Assembly (NCBI GenBank): GCA_027923505.1
Contig: BROI01000001.1
Coordinates: 372,001-436,000, forward strand
From: Mayamaea pseudoterrestris
Lineage: Eukaryota
Direction of reading: 5' to 3'
DNA: 64,000 bases
Part shown: piece by piece, positions 1-10,941 of the stretch
Position numbering within the stretch: the first letter of the stretch is position 1
How the letters are laid out: every line of letters starts with the position of its first letter
Notes under the pieces: model-generated
Databases searched by the model: none
Told to the model about the DNA's origin: nothing
What the model saw: only the letters and a program-made list of their open reading frames with translations
Position numbers and translations under genes: made by a program

Positions 1-1559
1 CGCGCCAATCTTATCCATTCGACTAAGCGTCGAGCTCATTTTGCGAAACATGAGCTCAATGAGAACTCCTGAAGTCCCGCCCATGGATTTTGACACAGCG
101 TCGGCGATCGAGGAAAACATGGGGACTGGGTGGTGCAACGAAATCGTTCCCTTTTCAAGTTGCTCAAGTATCTCTACCGCTCCGCGCTTGAATGTGATTC
201 CACAGTCTCCATCTCCGACAATGGTGTCGTACTTGGTCAGTAAGGGTTCCGATTCAATGAGCTTTTGAACCACACGTGTCACTAGCGCCTTGGACGTAGC
301 AGCAAAGTCAGCCACTTCCAGTTCGGGCTCCTTCGCTTTTACAGCTGCTTCGACCACCGCTTTTTCAGGTACTTCCATCAAAGAGGGGCGAATATCTCCG
401 CTCGACCAAATGTCGCAGGCGTGCCAAGCCGGCGCACTCGTCGGAGCATCCAGTAGCTCCAGCAAATCTTGGCGCCCACTTACGTTCATTAAAGTAATAG
501 AAGCTCCATGCATGTCAAATGAAGTCATGTATGCTCCAACTAGCACGCGAGAAGCTTTGACTTTGTACGCGCTACCTTCCAGGACTCTGACACACGAGCG
601 TGCAAGAATGGACATTTCAAAGTTTGACGTTCCTCCTAGGTTATTGACCAACAAAACGACTTCGTCACCAGGCTGACAGAATGGAACAATTTCCTGCGAG
701 TTGTCGTCTTTGATGCGCCCATATTGCTGAATCGTCGCAATCATTTCTTCCGCAAGATCATTTGCAGATTTCAATGGCGACTGCTTCAAGCCAGCTTCGC
801 CATGAATGCCAAGGCCAATCTCAATGGTATGCTCGTCGAGTCGCTCATTGATTGAGTCAGCACCTGGAACTGTCACATTGTTCATCGAGACACCAAGACT
901 TCCAGTCAAGCGGCAAGCGCTTCGTGCCAAAGAGGCAACCTCCTGGAGTGATTTACCAGCCGCCGCAGCTGCGCCTATGAGTGTTGCGTCAATGCGAGAT
1001 CCGACGAAAGTGAGATAAAAGAACCAAACGAAAGACAATCCCCAATTACAGACTCACCAGCTATTTTGTGGATCAGCACCGTTCCAGCGACTCCTCGTGC
1101 TCCCGTGATTCCCTTGGTTCGCTCCAGCGCGCAATCGTCCGCAACAACCACCATTTCCGTGGAAATGTGCTCCTGCGCGGCACGCTCCGCTGCCATTCCG
1201 AAGTTCAGTCGATCGCCCGTATAGTTCTTGATGATCAGCAAGACTCCTCTATCGTCAGCTGGTGCCACCACTCTAATGGCTGCAAGAATGGCATTCACGG
1301 ATGGACTGGCAAAGATTCCTCCGCAGACGGCAGCCGTAAGCATACCTGATCCATCCAACCATCCGGCGTGAGAAGGCTCGTGGCCGCTGCCACCTCCACT
1401 GACCAGTGCGACTTGGCCGCTTTTGATGCGGTTGACAGCCAAGACAACGTGGTGGTTGGAGAGCTTTTGGAGAGAGTTGGGGTATTGAAGTAAAAGGCCT
1501 TCAATGAATTCGTCGACGCTCCGGGCGGGATCATTCAGGATTTTCTTCGGTTTAACCAT
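1..1559 (-). CDS. DAK: Dihydroxyacetone kinase / triokinase-FMN cyclase (DAK1+DAK2), 3' end runs off the window; exons 1559-1058 and 974-<1
   Basis: Motifs SGGGSGHEP, GGIFASPS, IKNYTGDRLNFG, RGVAGT. A GTGAG..TAG intron at 1057-975 restores the frame (KIAG|AAAAAGKSL). Exon 2 carries GLGIHGEAG and the DAK2 motif DTIVGDGDCG. Confidence 0.93.
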
Positions 1560-1953
1560 TATTGAGTATTCGCTTTATTGAATTGAAACGTTTTCGGCAA
1601 GTCGTTAGAAAAATCTCATCGGTAGAATGGTTAGCAAAGTATTTGCAAGTGTATGTGAGAGCTGCGCATGCTGCAACACGAGATCTTTGATCAAAATGTC
1701 GCAGTCAGTACCGATTCGACAGACATCAATATGGCTCAACGGGTACTAATATAGGCTCGGGAGGCTCTGCCGGCGCAATCGTCCTTTTGATTGGATAACG
1801 TGATATCTTTGGGGCCGTTTTCATGATGATGCACAGGACTCCTGATGGCTGATGTTTGATGTCTTTCGAATCACTTTCGCACCTCTTGATGAACCTGTGA
1901 TGCTTATACCAATACAATCATCAATCTCGAATCAACCAGCTATAAAAACAAGC

Positions 1954-4900
1954 ATGTACTTTCTGCTTATAACGGCGGTGTCTGCTGCAACGTTTGTGCC
2001 CTCACTGCCGAGCTTTAGAGGGCTTCCGACTTGCCCCAGCCAGAGTTCCCTCCATCTCGACCAACGACTTTCCAAGGTGCCGACACCCTATCCGTTCCAG
2101 CCAGTCGGTGTGGCTCCAGCTCCAACCAGGCCAGATGATGATGTGTCCTATGATCTCGACCTCCTCTTGCAGGAGACTGATGCTGATCTTCAGCTATGCC
2201 AGCAGGAGCTCGAGAATCTAAGCCTACTCGTTCCGACGTTGGAAGATCTGTATGAGACAACCATTCAGATCCAAGAAGCCATGCAGCAAAAAGAGATGGA
2301 GTACCAGCAAAACATTATTGTAGTTCAGCGAGAGTTTGAGAACTTGAGCAAACTGACGACTGAAAAGGTTCGCGATGAAGCTGAGATGAAGGTGAAAGAA
2401 TTGACCGAGTCTCTGACCAGCAAGGAGGAGGCAATCAAGCAGCAAGAGCGACAGTACCAGGAAACTCTGCGTAAGGAACGAGAAGAGGCAGATGCACGAG
2501 AGAAACTGTTCAAGCAGAAGACGGAATCGCTTGCGAAGGAAATGGCTCAGGTCAAAGCCAAGAGTGAACAGGAAAAAACACGAGAAGCTGAACTCCATTC
2601 TCAGATTGATTCGTTGCACCGAAAGCTGAAAGAACAGATGGAGCAGAACGAGGCAGTCAACTTTTCGCTACAAAAGCTGGAGGAAGAAGCGCAAGCAAAG
2701 GTTACTGCTGCTGAATCAAAGGTTCGAGCGAATCACGAGATATTGCAAACGAGCCTTCTGCAAGTTGCCTCGAAAGAAAAGCATCTTACGGCGCAAGTCA
2801 AAAAGATTGCTAGTTTGCTACAAGAAATGAAAGCCAAAGTTCTTGTTTCGCCGCGCATTTTCCGCAACTCGGGCCAAAGTGCTCCCAAGGCTCCGGCCAC
2901 GGTCGATCAACATAGTGGCTACAAAACAAATGGATTTCATCCAATGAATGGAGCTTCGCATGCAAGTGTCCAACCTCCATTGGTCGATATAAAACCAGTT
3001 GCATCCTCAGGTGACTATCTGAGTGCACTATCTGGATCTACATCAACATCTACACCAAAGAAATCATTTGCTCCTTACTCACAGACCGCAAAGCCGGTTG
3101 TCAGAGATATGGGATACCTCGGCAACTTGAATTCCGTCGCGACCACTTCAGCGTCGTCGCATGCATCTGCTGTGGCGAGTGCATCAACACCAACCAAAGC
3201 CGCTCCAGCATCAACTGCCGGCTACTTTAGTACCATGCCAAGCTCGTCAGCGGCCAGTGGGCCAAAGAAGTCATACGCTCCGGGCGGAGGATTGATGAAG
3301 ATTGTTAAGGAGTCTGGTTATCTTGGCAATCTAAACGCGGTCTCCGAATCGGTGCCAAGCAATTCAAACACAGCAACAACAAGCAGCTCAGCCCCGACCA
3401 CAACGCATGCTGCGCCAGCGACAACCGGTGACTATCTTAGCGCAATGTCTGGATCAACCGCTCACAGTGGACCAAAGAGGTCATACGCTCCTGGCGGAGG
3501 GTCAATGAAGGTTGTCAAAGAGTCGAGCTACCTTAGCAATCTCAGTGGGTCCGCTCATGCTGGTCCCTCGTACTCCCCTCCTGCTGATACCAGCACTTCT
3601 GCATCGACGACCACGCGAGATGCACCAGCGACAACCGGCGACTACCTCAGCGCAATGTCTGGGCCGACTGCTCACGGTGGACCAAAGAAGTCATACGCTC
3701 CAGGTGGAGGTTCTTTGAAGGTTGTCAAAGATTCAGGTTACTTGGGCAATCTCAACGCTGTTGCTAGTCCAAGTTTGTCATATTCGCCTGCTCCTGAAAC
3801 AAGCAATTCCGATTCGACGACGAAGAGTTCACTATCGACTGGAGACTATCTGAGCGCCATGTCTGGCTCATCGGCGTCGACTGGGCCGAAGAAATCCTAT
3901 GCTCCTGGCGGAGGATCAATGAAGGTTGTCAAGGAGACTGGATATCTCAGCAATTTGAGTTCCAATGGTGCTGCATCGACGGCGTCAACTCCGGCACACG
4001 TACCCAAATCGACTCCGTCACACTCACCCGCTGACTCTGATGCACCAAGTACAACGGTTACACCAGTCTCAACCGGCGACTACCTGAAAGGCATCTCTGG
4101 CTCGTCTGCCTCTGCAGGCCCAAAGAAGTCATATGCACCAGGGGTTGGGTCATTCAAGGTTGTCAAAGAGACGGGGTATTTTGGAAATCTGAATTCTGCT
4201 GCGGGCACTCCTCTCCCATCATATCAGTCTGCTAGTAAGCCAATTGCGAGGGCTGCACCAGCGTCCACCGGCGACTATTTGAAAGCCATGTCTGGCTCGT
4301 CTGCCTCTGCAGGCCCAAAGAAGTCATATGCACCAGGGGGTGGGTCATTCAAGGTTGTCAAAGAGACGGGGTATTTCGCAAATCTGAATTCTGCTGCGGG
4401 CTCTCCACTTCCATCAAATCAGTCTACTAGTAAACCAATTGCGAGTGCTGCACCTGCATCCACCGGCGACTACTTGAAAGGCATGTCTGGCTCGTCTGCC
4501 TCTGCAGGCTTAAAGAAGTCATATGCACCAGGGGGTGGGTCATTCAAGGTTGTAAAGGAGTCGGGATACTTTGCGAATTTGAATGCTCCCGCCGCCGGAC
4601 CGTCGGCAGCAGACCAGCCGGCTTCTGCTGCATCTGTGACAAGTGAGCGAGCTACATCAGCTTCGACAGGAGATTACCTAAGTGCCATGTCTAGGGCTCC
4701 ACCTACATCGTCAACCCCGAAGAAGTCCTATGCCCCAGGCGGCGGTTCTATGAAGGTCGTCAAGGATTCGGGATACCTCAGTAATCTGAATGCTGTGGCT
4801 CCACTTCCGTCGCAGGAAGCAAATCCCTCACCTACTAAGGACGTTGCGGCCAACGAATCTCCCAAACCAGTCGCCGCTTCTAGCGGGGACTACCTGAGTG

Positions 4901-5670
4901 CCCTCAATAGGTCTCCCATGACTCCTGGACCGAAGAAGTTGTTCGCCCCAGGCGGAAACAAAATAAAGCCAGCTGCTGATGGAGGCTACCTTGGTGGTCT
5001 TTCGCAAACTAGAAGTCCAACTAACGAGGCACCAAAACTGTTCACTATCGAACCGAAGGTCAAGTCGACAAGTGAGTATCTGAAGACTATGTCGGGGGCT
5101 TCGACAGCTGACTTTCTCAGTGCCATGTCCAGGAACTCGACTGAGTTTACCGGCGGCAACATGATGACTGGTGGTGAGCCAGTCGTACGTACTCCTGTGG
5201 CAAAGGAGACGCCCGCGGAGAATGTCAATGAGCCAAGTAGCTCTCAGAAGTCTTCCGCACCCGCATCGACGAGCGACTATTTGAGTTCCATGTCGTCCGC
5301 CTCCAAGACGTCATATGCTTCTTTTTCCGGGCCCAAGAAATCATTTGCCCCTGGAGCGGGTATGCCGAAGGCACCACCAGCCACGGGCTACCTCGGTGCT
5401 TTAGCAAATGCCGCCCCCATGCAATCCTACTCGCCTGCATCGACGCAAGAAGCTTCTGCTCCTGTGCCGCCATCCAGTCCTCAGGCCCCAGAGAAGCCTA
5501 AAGAATCAGAAGCGCCACCTGATACTGGTCTTTCATCATCTGTCGCTTCTTTGTATTCATCCATGCCACCAAGGCCAGTTCCGGAAGCTGAAACGGAAGA
5601 AAAGAAAGCTGGATGGTTGAAGGACGCAGTAAGTCCCATCAGGTCGTACCTTTCCAACTTGAGGAACTAA
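1954..5670 (+). CDS. Predicted plastid-targeted coiled-coil + low-complexity repeat protein; candidate pyrenoid linker/scaffold (PYCO-like)
   Basis: Single long ORF. ATG 1954 gives MYFLLITAVSAAT-FVPS (signal + ASAFAP-like). E/K/Q-rich coiled coil at about 2150-2830, then 11 units of GDYLSAMSG-x-KKSYAPGGGS-x-GYLxNLN separated by S/T/A/P spacers. The CDS is secure; the function is inference. Confidence 0.85.
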   Translation: MYFLLITAVSAATFVPSLPSFRGLPTCPSQSSLHLDQRLSKVPTPYPFQPVGVAPAPTRPDDDVSYDLDLLLQETDADLQLCQQELENLSLLVPTLEDLYETTIQIQEAMQQKEMEYQQNIIVVQREFENLSKLTTEKVRDEAEMKVKELTESLTSKEEAIKQQERQYQETLRKEREEADAREKLFKQKTESLAKEMAQVKAKSEQEKTREAELHSQIDSLHRKLKEQMEQNEAVNFSLQKLEEEAQAKVTAAESKVRANHEILQTSLLQVASKEKHLTAQVKKIASLLQEMKAKVLVSPRIFRNSGQSAPKAPATVDQHSGYKTNGFHPMNGASHASVQPPLVDIKPVASSGDYLSALSGSTSTSTPKKSFAPYSQTAKPVVRDMGYLGNLNSVATTSASSHASAVASASTPTKAAPASTAGYFSTMPSSSAASGPKKSYAPGGGLMKIVKESGYLGNLNAVSESVPSNSNTATTSSSAPTTTHAAPATTGDYLSAMSGSTAHSGPKRSYAPGGGSMKVVKESSYLSNLSGSAHAGPSYSPPADTSTSASTTTRDAPATTGDYLSAMSGPTAHGGPKKSYAPGGGSLKVVKDSGYLGNLNAVASPSLSYSPAPETSNSDSTTKSSLSTGDYLSAMSGSSASTGPKKSYAPGGGSMKVVKETGYLSNLSSNGAASTASTPAHVPKSTPSHSPADSDAPSTTVTPVSTGDYLKGISGSSASAGPKKSYAPGVGSFKVVKETGYFGNLNSAAGTPLPSYQSASKPIARAAPASTGDYLKAMSGSSASAGPKKSYAPGGGSFKVVKETGYFANLNSAAGSPLPSNQSTSKPIASAAPASTGDYLKGMSGSSASAGLKKSYAPGGGSFKVVKESGYFANLNAPAAGPSAADQPASAASVTSERATSASTGDYLSAMSRAPPTSSTPKKSYAPGGGSMKVVKDSGYLSNLNAVAPLPSQEANPSPTKDVAANESPKPVAASSGDYLSALNRSPMTPGPKKLFAPGGNKIKPAADGGYLGGLSQTRSPTNEAPKLFTIEPKVKSTSEYLKTMSGASTADFLSAMSRNSTEFTGGNMMTGGEPVVRTPVAKETPAENVNEPSSSQKSSAPASTSDYLSSMSSASKTSYASFSGPKKSFAPGAGMPKAPPATGYLGALANAAPMQSYSPASTQEASAPVPPSSPQAPEKPKESEAPPDTGLSSSVASLYSSMPPRPVPEAETEEKKAGWLKDAVSPIRSYLSNLRN
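3010..5410 (+). repeat. Coding tandem repeats (~65-70 aa, ~195-210 bp period) inside the repeat protein
   Basis: KKS(Y/F)APG-type motif occurs 11 times. Three near-identical DNA units start near 4072, 4267 and 4462 (195-bp period). Confidence 0.95.
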
Positions 5671-5848
5671 TTGTGCTGGTGTTACGATGAATACTTGCTT
5701 ATCTGTTGTTCCCAGGCTAATTTGCGCATACTAAAAGCTACTGCTGCGACTGCCTCTCACTCGCTCCATCGTATCCAAGAAATAAATTATGGCCAATTAA
5801 GCTACTGTATGTCAAAATTGTCGCCTGCAGCAGTTTCATGATAGTATG

Positions 5849-6772
5849 TTATTGTCCGCTTTGAACTTTCAAAGGCTCATCATGAAGCGGTGCCGCAAGT
5901 TCCGGTAGACTCGTTGCTTGCTCCTCGCCAATGTTTCCTCCGAGCGCCATGACACTTCGCTGATGTGTCGCCACGCCAACATACTCACTACTCTGGTAAT
6001 GGAGTCGCTGTCGCTCCTTGGCCGACAAGTCTCGTAATTTGCGTGCCGGATTGCCCACCCACAGTTCACCCGACGCAACGACTTGCTTTGGCTGGATAAC
6101 TGCGCCGGCGCCGATCAAGCATTCGGCCTGCACATGCGCACCTTCTCCAATGACGCTTCCCATGCCAATCAAGCAAAAGTCGTCAATCTTGGCGCTATGA
6201 ATCTGCGCCAAGTGACCAATCGTGACACCCTCTCCAATGACGGTATGGTCAATTCGTGATGTAATGACGCAACCATCCTGTACGTTGGTGTTTGCGCCAA
6301 TGAAGATTGCTCCGCCGTGGTGATGGTCAGAGTCTTTTGCGTTCAATTTCCATGGTTCCTTTATTTGACATTCTCCATCTTCTTGTGCTTCTACCAGTTC
6401 TGATCCATCTGATATAGCTTGATGATTCTCACTGTACACTTCTGCGTTGAGACACTCATCCGCTCGCAAAACGGCTCCGTACCAAACGGAGCACCCTGAC
6501 GCTATGTGAACACTGCCGATGAGCGTCGCACAAGGCGCCAAATACGCAACGTGTGGATGAACGATTGGCTTTCCAGAATATAGGAGCGGCATGAGTTGTC
6601 GATGTCGTGATAGATTATCATCAAACAGGCAAGGGTCGTCGTAGTAATCGTGCTTCGTCGCGGCGAGTTGAGCGGTCCGTAGACCGAGGCGGTCGAGTGC
6701 TTGGCCCGTCTCGCGAAAGGCGCGTCCAATAACTTGACGAAAATGTTGAACGAGTGATGGAGCTCGAGGCAT
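5849..6772 (-). CDS. Gamma carbonic anhydrase-like protein (mitochondrial complex I type)
   Basis: N-terminal GRAFRETGQALDRLG, SRHRQLMPL, hexapeptide repeats (SVWYGAVLRAD, IGANTNVQDG, VTIGH, LIGMGS) and ELWVGNPARKLRDL. The start is taken at MPRAPS. Confidence 0.9.
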   Translation of the reverse strand: MPRAPSLVQHFRQVIGRAFRETGQALDRLGLRTAQLAATKHDYYDDPCLFDDNLSRHRQLMPLLYSGKPIVHPHVAYLAPCATLIGSVHIASGCSVWYGAVLRADECLNAEVYSENHQAISDGSELVEAQEDGECQIKEPWKLNAKDSDHHHGGAIFIGANTNVQDGCVITSRIDHTVIGEGVTIGHLAQIHSAKIDDFCLIGMGSVIGEGAHVQAECLIGAGAVIQPKQVVASGELWVGNPARKLRDLSAKERQRLHYQSSEYVGVATHQRSVMALGGNIGEEQATSLPELAAPLHDEPLKVQSGQ

Positions 6773-7314
6773 AATGGATTTTGTGTAAGAAAGAAGCAAG
6801 CTGTGTATAGAGACAAGGTCCAAGCTGATGGAAGAGATGCAGCCTGAAAAAAATGGAGGGATGATCATCGCTTCCCCAAGTCGCACCGTTTTTCTCCATT
6901 GCCGGTAAGACGTTGACCTATCTTATTTCGCTTCATGATAGTCCTGGTCCGTCGTTTGCACAATTGCGCAACATCTACGCAGGAGTCGCCGCATCATTCC
7001 AGCTCGGTAGATGCAATCACCAGGGCTGCCGTTGCCGTCGATGCTTGTTGAGTGTGTAGCAGGCGCTGCCAGTCAATGGTGGAGTTTGCGTGCGAAAGAT
7101 ACTACGAGCTCGAAAACTAACTTGGCAGCAGAGCTGCTGCATATCAAACAGAGGGTCTACTGTATTAGTTTGCACTTTTGGCGTATGCGTATCTTTCACA
7201 AGCGTGTCTCGCCAGGATGCCGATCCATCCATCGCTAAACACCCAAAACCCAAACACAACCATCTCGCTCTACACCCCTTCTTGCTTGCTCATTTTCAGC
7301 AAGTGGTTCGCTCC

Positions 7315-7927
7315 CTACGCCTTTTTCGTTCGATTCGCTGGAATGTCCGAGTATGGATGCGGCCGCAAAAAGCCAACGGGCGGAGCCAAGTAGGCGGCCA
7401 GTAGCCAAAGCGCCACCACAAACAGCATGAGCTTGAAATGTGCCGCGTAAAAGTAGCAACCAATGGGAAATATGAAAACAAGAAAACTGGCAATGTTTAG
7501 TGTAATCGACTTGATATCCAAGCCAGCTGAAGTTGGAAAATATGAGATAGATTTATAGCACATGGTGTTAGTCATTGCGATCGTTTCTTCGTTGCTGTGC
7601 GTCGTCGTCATGTCGTCGTCGGAAAATTGACTGATTCGACTTCGACACCCGTCAATTGAGCTGTTCAACGAGCGCTAATCGATGCATGCATATATGATCC
7701 GTTACGGAACTTTGATACATTTGTGAATGCACCTTCTATCAACCAATCGAATTGCTCCTGCTCAGTGCTTTAGCAAGAATACTTTCAAGAACTCACAGCT
7801 GTAGTAAGGATCTCTCTTGGTTGGTTCGGACATGATGGCAACGTTGATTCAATTGTGCAGTTACGGTTCTTATTGTTGCAATTACTACAAGTACGAAAGA
7901 GAAGCAAGCAACATGACGACGATCCAT
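7315..7927 (-). CDS. Hypothetical small membrane protein (tentative exons 7927-7797 and 7660-7315)
   Basis: A signal-like MDRRHVACFSFVLVVIATIRTVTA is followed by a GTGAGT donor at 7796. An AG at 7662-7661 joins it in frame to ORF 7315-7668, which has two hydrophobic helices. No family recognised. Confidence 0.3.
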
Positions 7928-8476
7928 CGTCGTCGCTTGTCCGTCATCGTCGTCATCACGGGGAACATCGGTGTCGCACCAGTTCTAAACGACGTCACAC
8001 ATAGTGTTTCGCCAAAGATCATTCATCTCGTACAACATGACCATGAACCTATGGCTTCTGCAGTTGCAGGATTTACAAATGGCATATCACTTACTCGTAA
8101 AGCTTTCGTCAGCAAAGAGTGATGGTTGTCTCAATAGCGACAAGCGCCCTAGCCACGCAGCAAGAACTTTCAAGGCCAATGACGCGGGAGCACAGCAGAT
8201 CCTAACCCACGCGAGGCTACCTAACAGTTAGTCACACTTCTCTTACTCTTCGTCGCTACCTCGCTTGTAAACATTCAAATGAACTCGACAAAGGAAGCGC
8301 GTTGAGAAGTTGCAGAGTCCATTTCGTAGAGACGCGTCACACTCCTGTTTCTGGTCAATTCGTTAGATCTTTGTCTAAAAATGCCTTCCGTCCATATCAT
8401 CAAGCGCACACAGACCTGTAAACTTCGGAACACTTACCCAGCAAACTATAACACATTCTATGTCATTATGTTGCGC

Positions 8477-10941
8477 CTACTCTACAAGTTCATCCCATGG
8501 TACAATGACAACCTTCTGCACTGAAACATCGCTGCGAATGACAATCCGAACGCCAAGAAGGTCGGACCGATCGACGCGGCTTTCCGACGCAAAGGCAACT
8601 CGAATGCGCAAGTGTCCGTTCCTGTGTACCACTCCTTGTCGACGACTGAGTGAAAAGTACTCGCGTCCAGTGCCTTTCAATGAGATGTCATTGATCGTCA
8701 AGGTTCCACTCGTTGTTCGTCCGACATAAAGAAATGCGTTGGACCGCCACTTGCCGTCGATCATGACGGGCGGATTGAATCTAAGCTTAGAGTCGCTTAT
8801 CCATTGGGCAACCTCATTCCAGGACCGTCGCTGCGTCACTTCTTGAATGTCACCATGTCCTTCCCCGTTATTGTACTTTGGAGACGAGTAGTATTTTTTA
8901 GCACCGCCGTTTTGCCGCAACATCCATTCCACAAGCAAGCATCTCAAATGTTCCGCCTTGCCGATCAGCTGCAAACTCTGCTTCTTCCGTGACAACAAGT
9001 TGTTCATTTCGTACGGATCGGTTGCAAGATTGTACATCATGTCTTGCGAGTCATAATCTGCGCTCTTGGCAATCAGTAACTTCCAATGTTCGTACCTAAT
9101 CATAAAGTTGGGAAATTCACCCAGCTTCTTGACTTCTGCATCCTCGGAAACACAAAAGTCATCATCATAAAGCTCATTATAGCTGCTTCCAGCAATCAAA
9201 GGACGTAGACTTGTGCCATCACTTTTGTCTAAACTGGACAACCCAGCGTAATCCAAAATAGTCGCCAACAGATTCAAATGTGCCCCGACCGGCCTACTGA
9301 CGACGGTTCCTGGCTCAATTTTGCCAGGCAGTCGCATCAAAAATGGAACGCGAAGAGCTTCTTCAATGAGCCCCAGCTTGCCTCCCATGCTATGAAGAAC
9401 CGTGCGCGCACAAAGTTAGAGCCATGCTTAAAGTTTGCAGCTGCTGAGCACGGGCATCATCGGAAATACTTACCCATGAGCACCAAGAAACTCGCCATGA
9501 TCCGACGTAAAAGCAACCAGTGTGTTTTCAGACACTCCTTGCCGATCTAACTCATCCAATAAGACACCAATCCACTCGTCAACTTGCTCAATCATTCCCA
9601 TGTACACGGCCGAAAACCCTTGCACAAGGTTGGGGTCGCGAAATCCTTTGGCAGCATCCGCTCGTTGCTTGGAAGCGTACCAGTCATTGTCAAATTTGCT
9701 CTGCATGTTGGGCGGGGTGAGAATGTCTTGCTGATTTTCAAGGTAGTATTGGGCGTACTCTTCGCTCACAACCCACGGCGAGTCTGTCGGCAAGTGAGAT
9801 GATTTATTGCAGCGGTCAGTAACCTCAAATTTTAAATATATATGCAACTGCAAAAGAGACACTTACGTGGATAGTCAAAAGAAACAGTCAAGACCCATGG
9901 CTTTGATTGCTGCGCCAATCGTTGAATGGCCAGCTGTCCCTGCCGCCCCGTGTAGGTTGCTAGCGAATATTTTGGCGGAAGTGAGTCGACACCAAACATA
10001 CTAAAATCCGCCGCCCTTTCAGAATATGGCTTTTGATAGCGTGGATCGATCTTGATTGGCGTGTAGAGACAACTGGTTCGAACGTTGTTTTGCATGCCAG
10101 GTTGGTAGATTTGCGGAAAGTCGCTTTCATCAACCCAGAACGCGACTTGCTTTAAATACTCATCCGCATCCTCCTCCTCGCCATCAAATATTGGATTTTC
10201 CATGTCAAGGTCGTAAGTGTTGTATGAGATTGCATTTTTGCTATTGTCTGCGCTTCTGTACCATCGAGCAGGAAGATGAAACTTGCCGAATGATTCCGCC
10301 TCGTAGCCTTGGTCGAAAAGAATCTGATCGTAAGTACGAACAGAATTTATTTTGCGTGTAGCAATCGGATCATTCGTGTAATCTGGAAGCATTCTATTTG
10401 CTTCTATGCCATGTCGTTCAATGGTGCAACCAGTTCGGAGGGTTGCTCGGGCTGGAGCGCAACTTGCAAATTGAGAGTAGGCGTTTTGAAACCATACACC
10501 ATCCTTGGCGAGGCGATCAATGTTGGGAGTCTTGACATGGAGTTTATCTTTGTATATCGGCATACTCTCCTGAATGAATTGAATATAATCATAGCGAAGT
10601 TGATCCATTGTAATTATGAGAATATTTAGTTTCTTGTCGTCGCTGTTGGCTTGTATCGTCACATCTTGGTGCGACAATTTAAACGTTTCCTCCGACACTG
10701 GCTTAGAGAAAGTCGCCAAGGGTTCATATTTTTCGTTACTAAAGACATCGTCAGTTGCGTATATGGAAGAGTCTGCTGTCGTTGATACGTTGTTGCTGGT
10801 GCTTAAAATGGCTTGCACCTCTCCAGCTTCGACTCTGAGTTCGTCGGACGGTTCGTTTCGGTTACTACTAGTTCCTCCATCAAGTGCGCTTGCCCTGGAA
10901 AATGTCAGCGAGACAAGCAGCAGCAGCAACAACGGATTCAT
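8477..10941 (-). CDS. Secreted sulfatase (formylglycine-dependent, S1); exons 10941-9867, 9783-9474, 9389-8477
   Basis: Signal peptide; NILIITMDQLR, TPNIDRLA, CAPARATLRTG (CxPxR), GKFH, spliced YP-HSPW, FTSDHGE, RVPFLMR, YNLATDPYE. Two canonical introns of 83 and 84 nt. Confidence 0.93.

Noticed and set aside
1852..1953. Upstream in-frame ATGs of the repeat protein
   Set aside because: ATG 1954 gives a clean signal peptide; the extension looks like promoter/5' UTR.
3010..5410. Regularly spaced repeats with variable spacers resembling a CRISPR array
   Set aside because: The repeats are in-frame coding units with synonymous variation and a ~200-bp period; the context is eukaryotic with no cas genes.
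1954..6772. A carbon-concentrating gene cluster (pyrenoid-like protein next to a carbonic anhydrase)
   Set aside because: The gamma-CA has the N-terminal RETGQALDRLG signature of mitochondrial complex I subunits and no plastid presequence; adjacency is probably chance.
9389..9867. Apparent frameshifts splitting the sulfatase (and similarly DAK, M11, M43, P4H)
   Set aside because: Canonical GT-AG introns restore the frame and catalytic motifs, so these are not pseudogenes.
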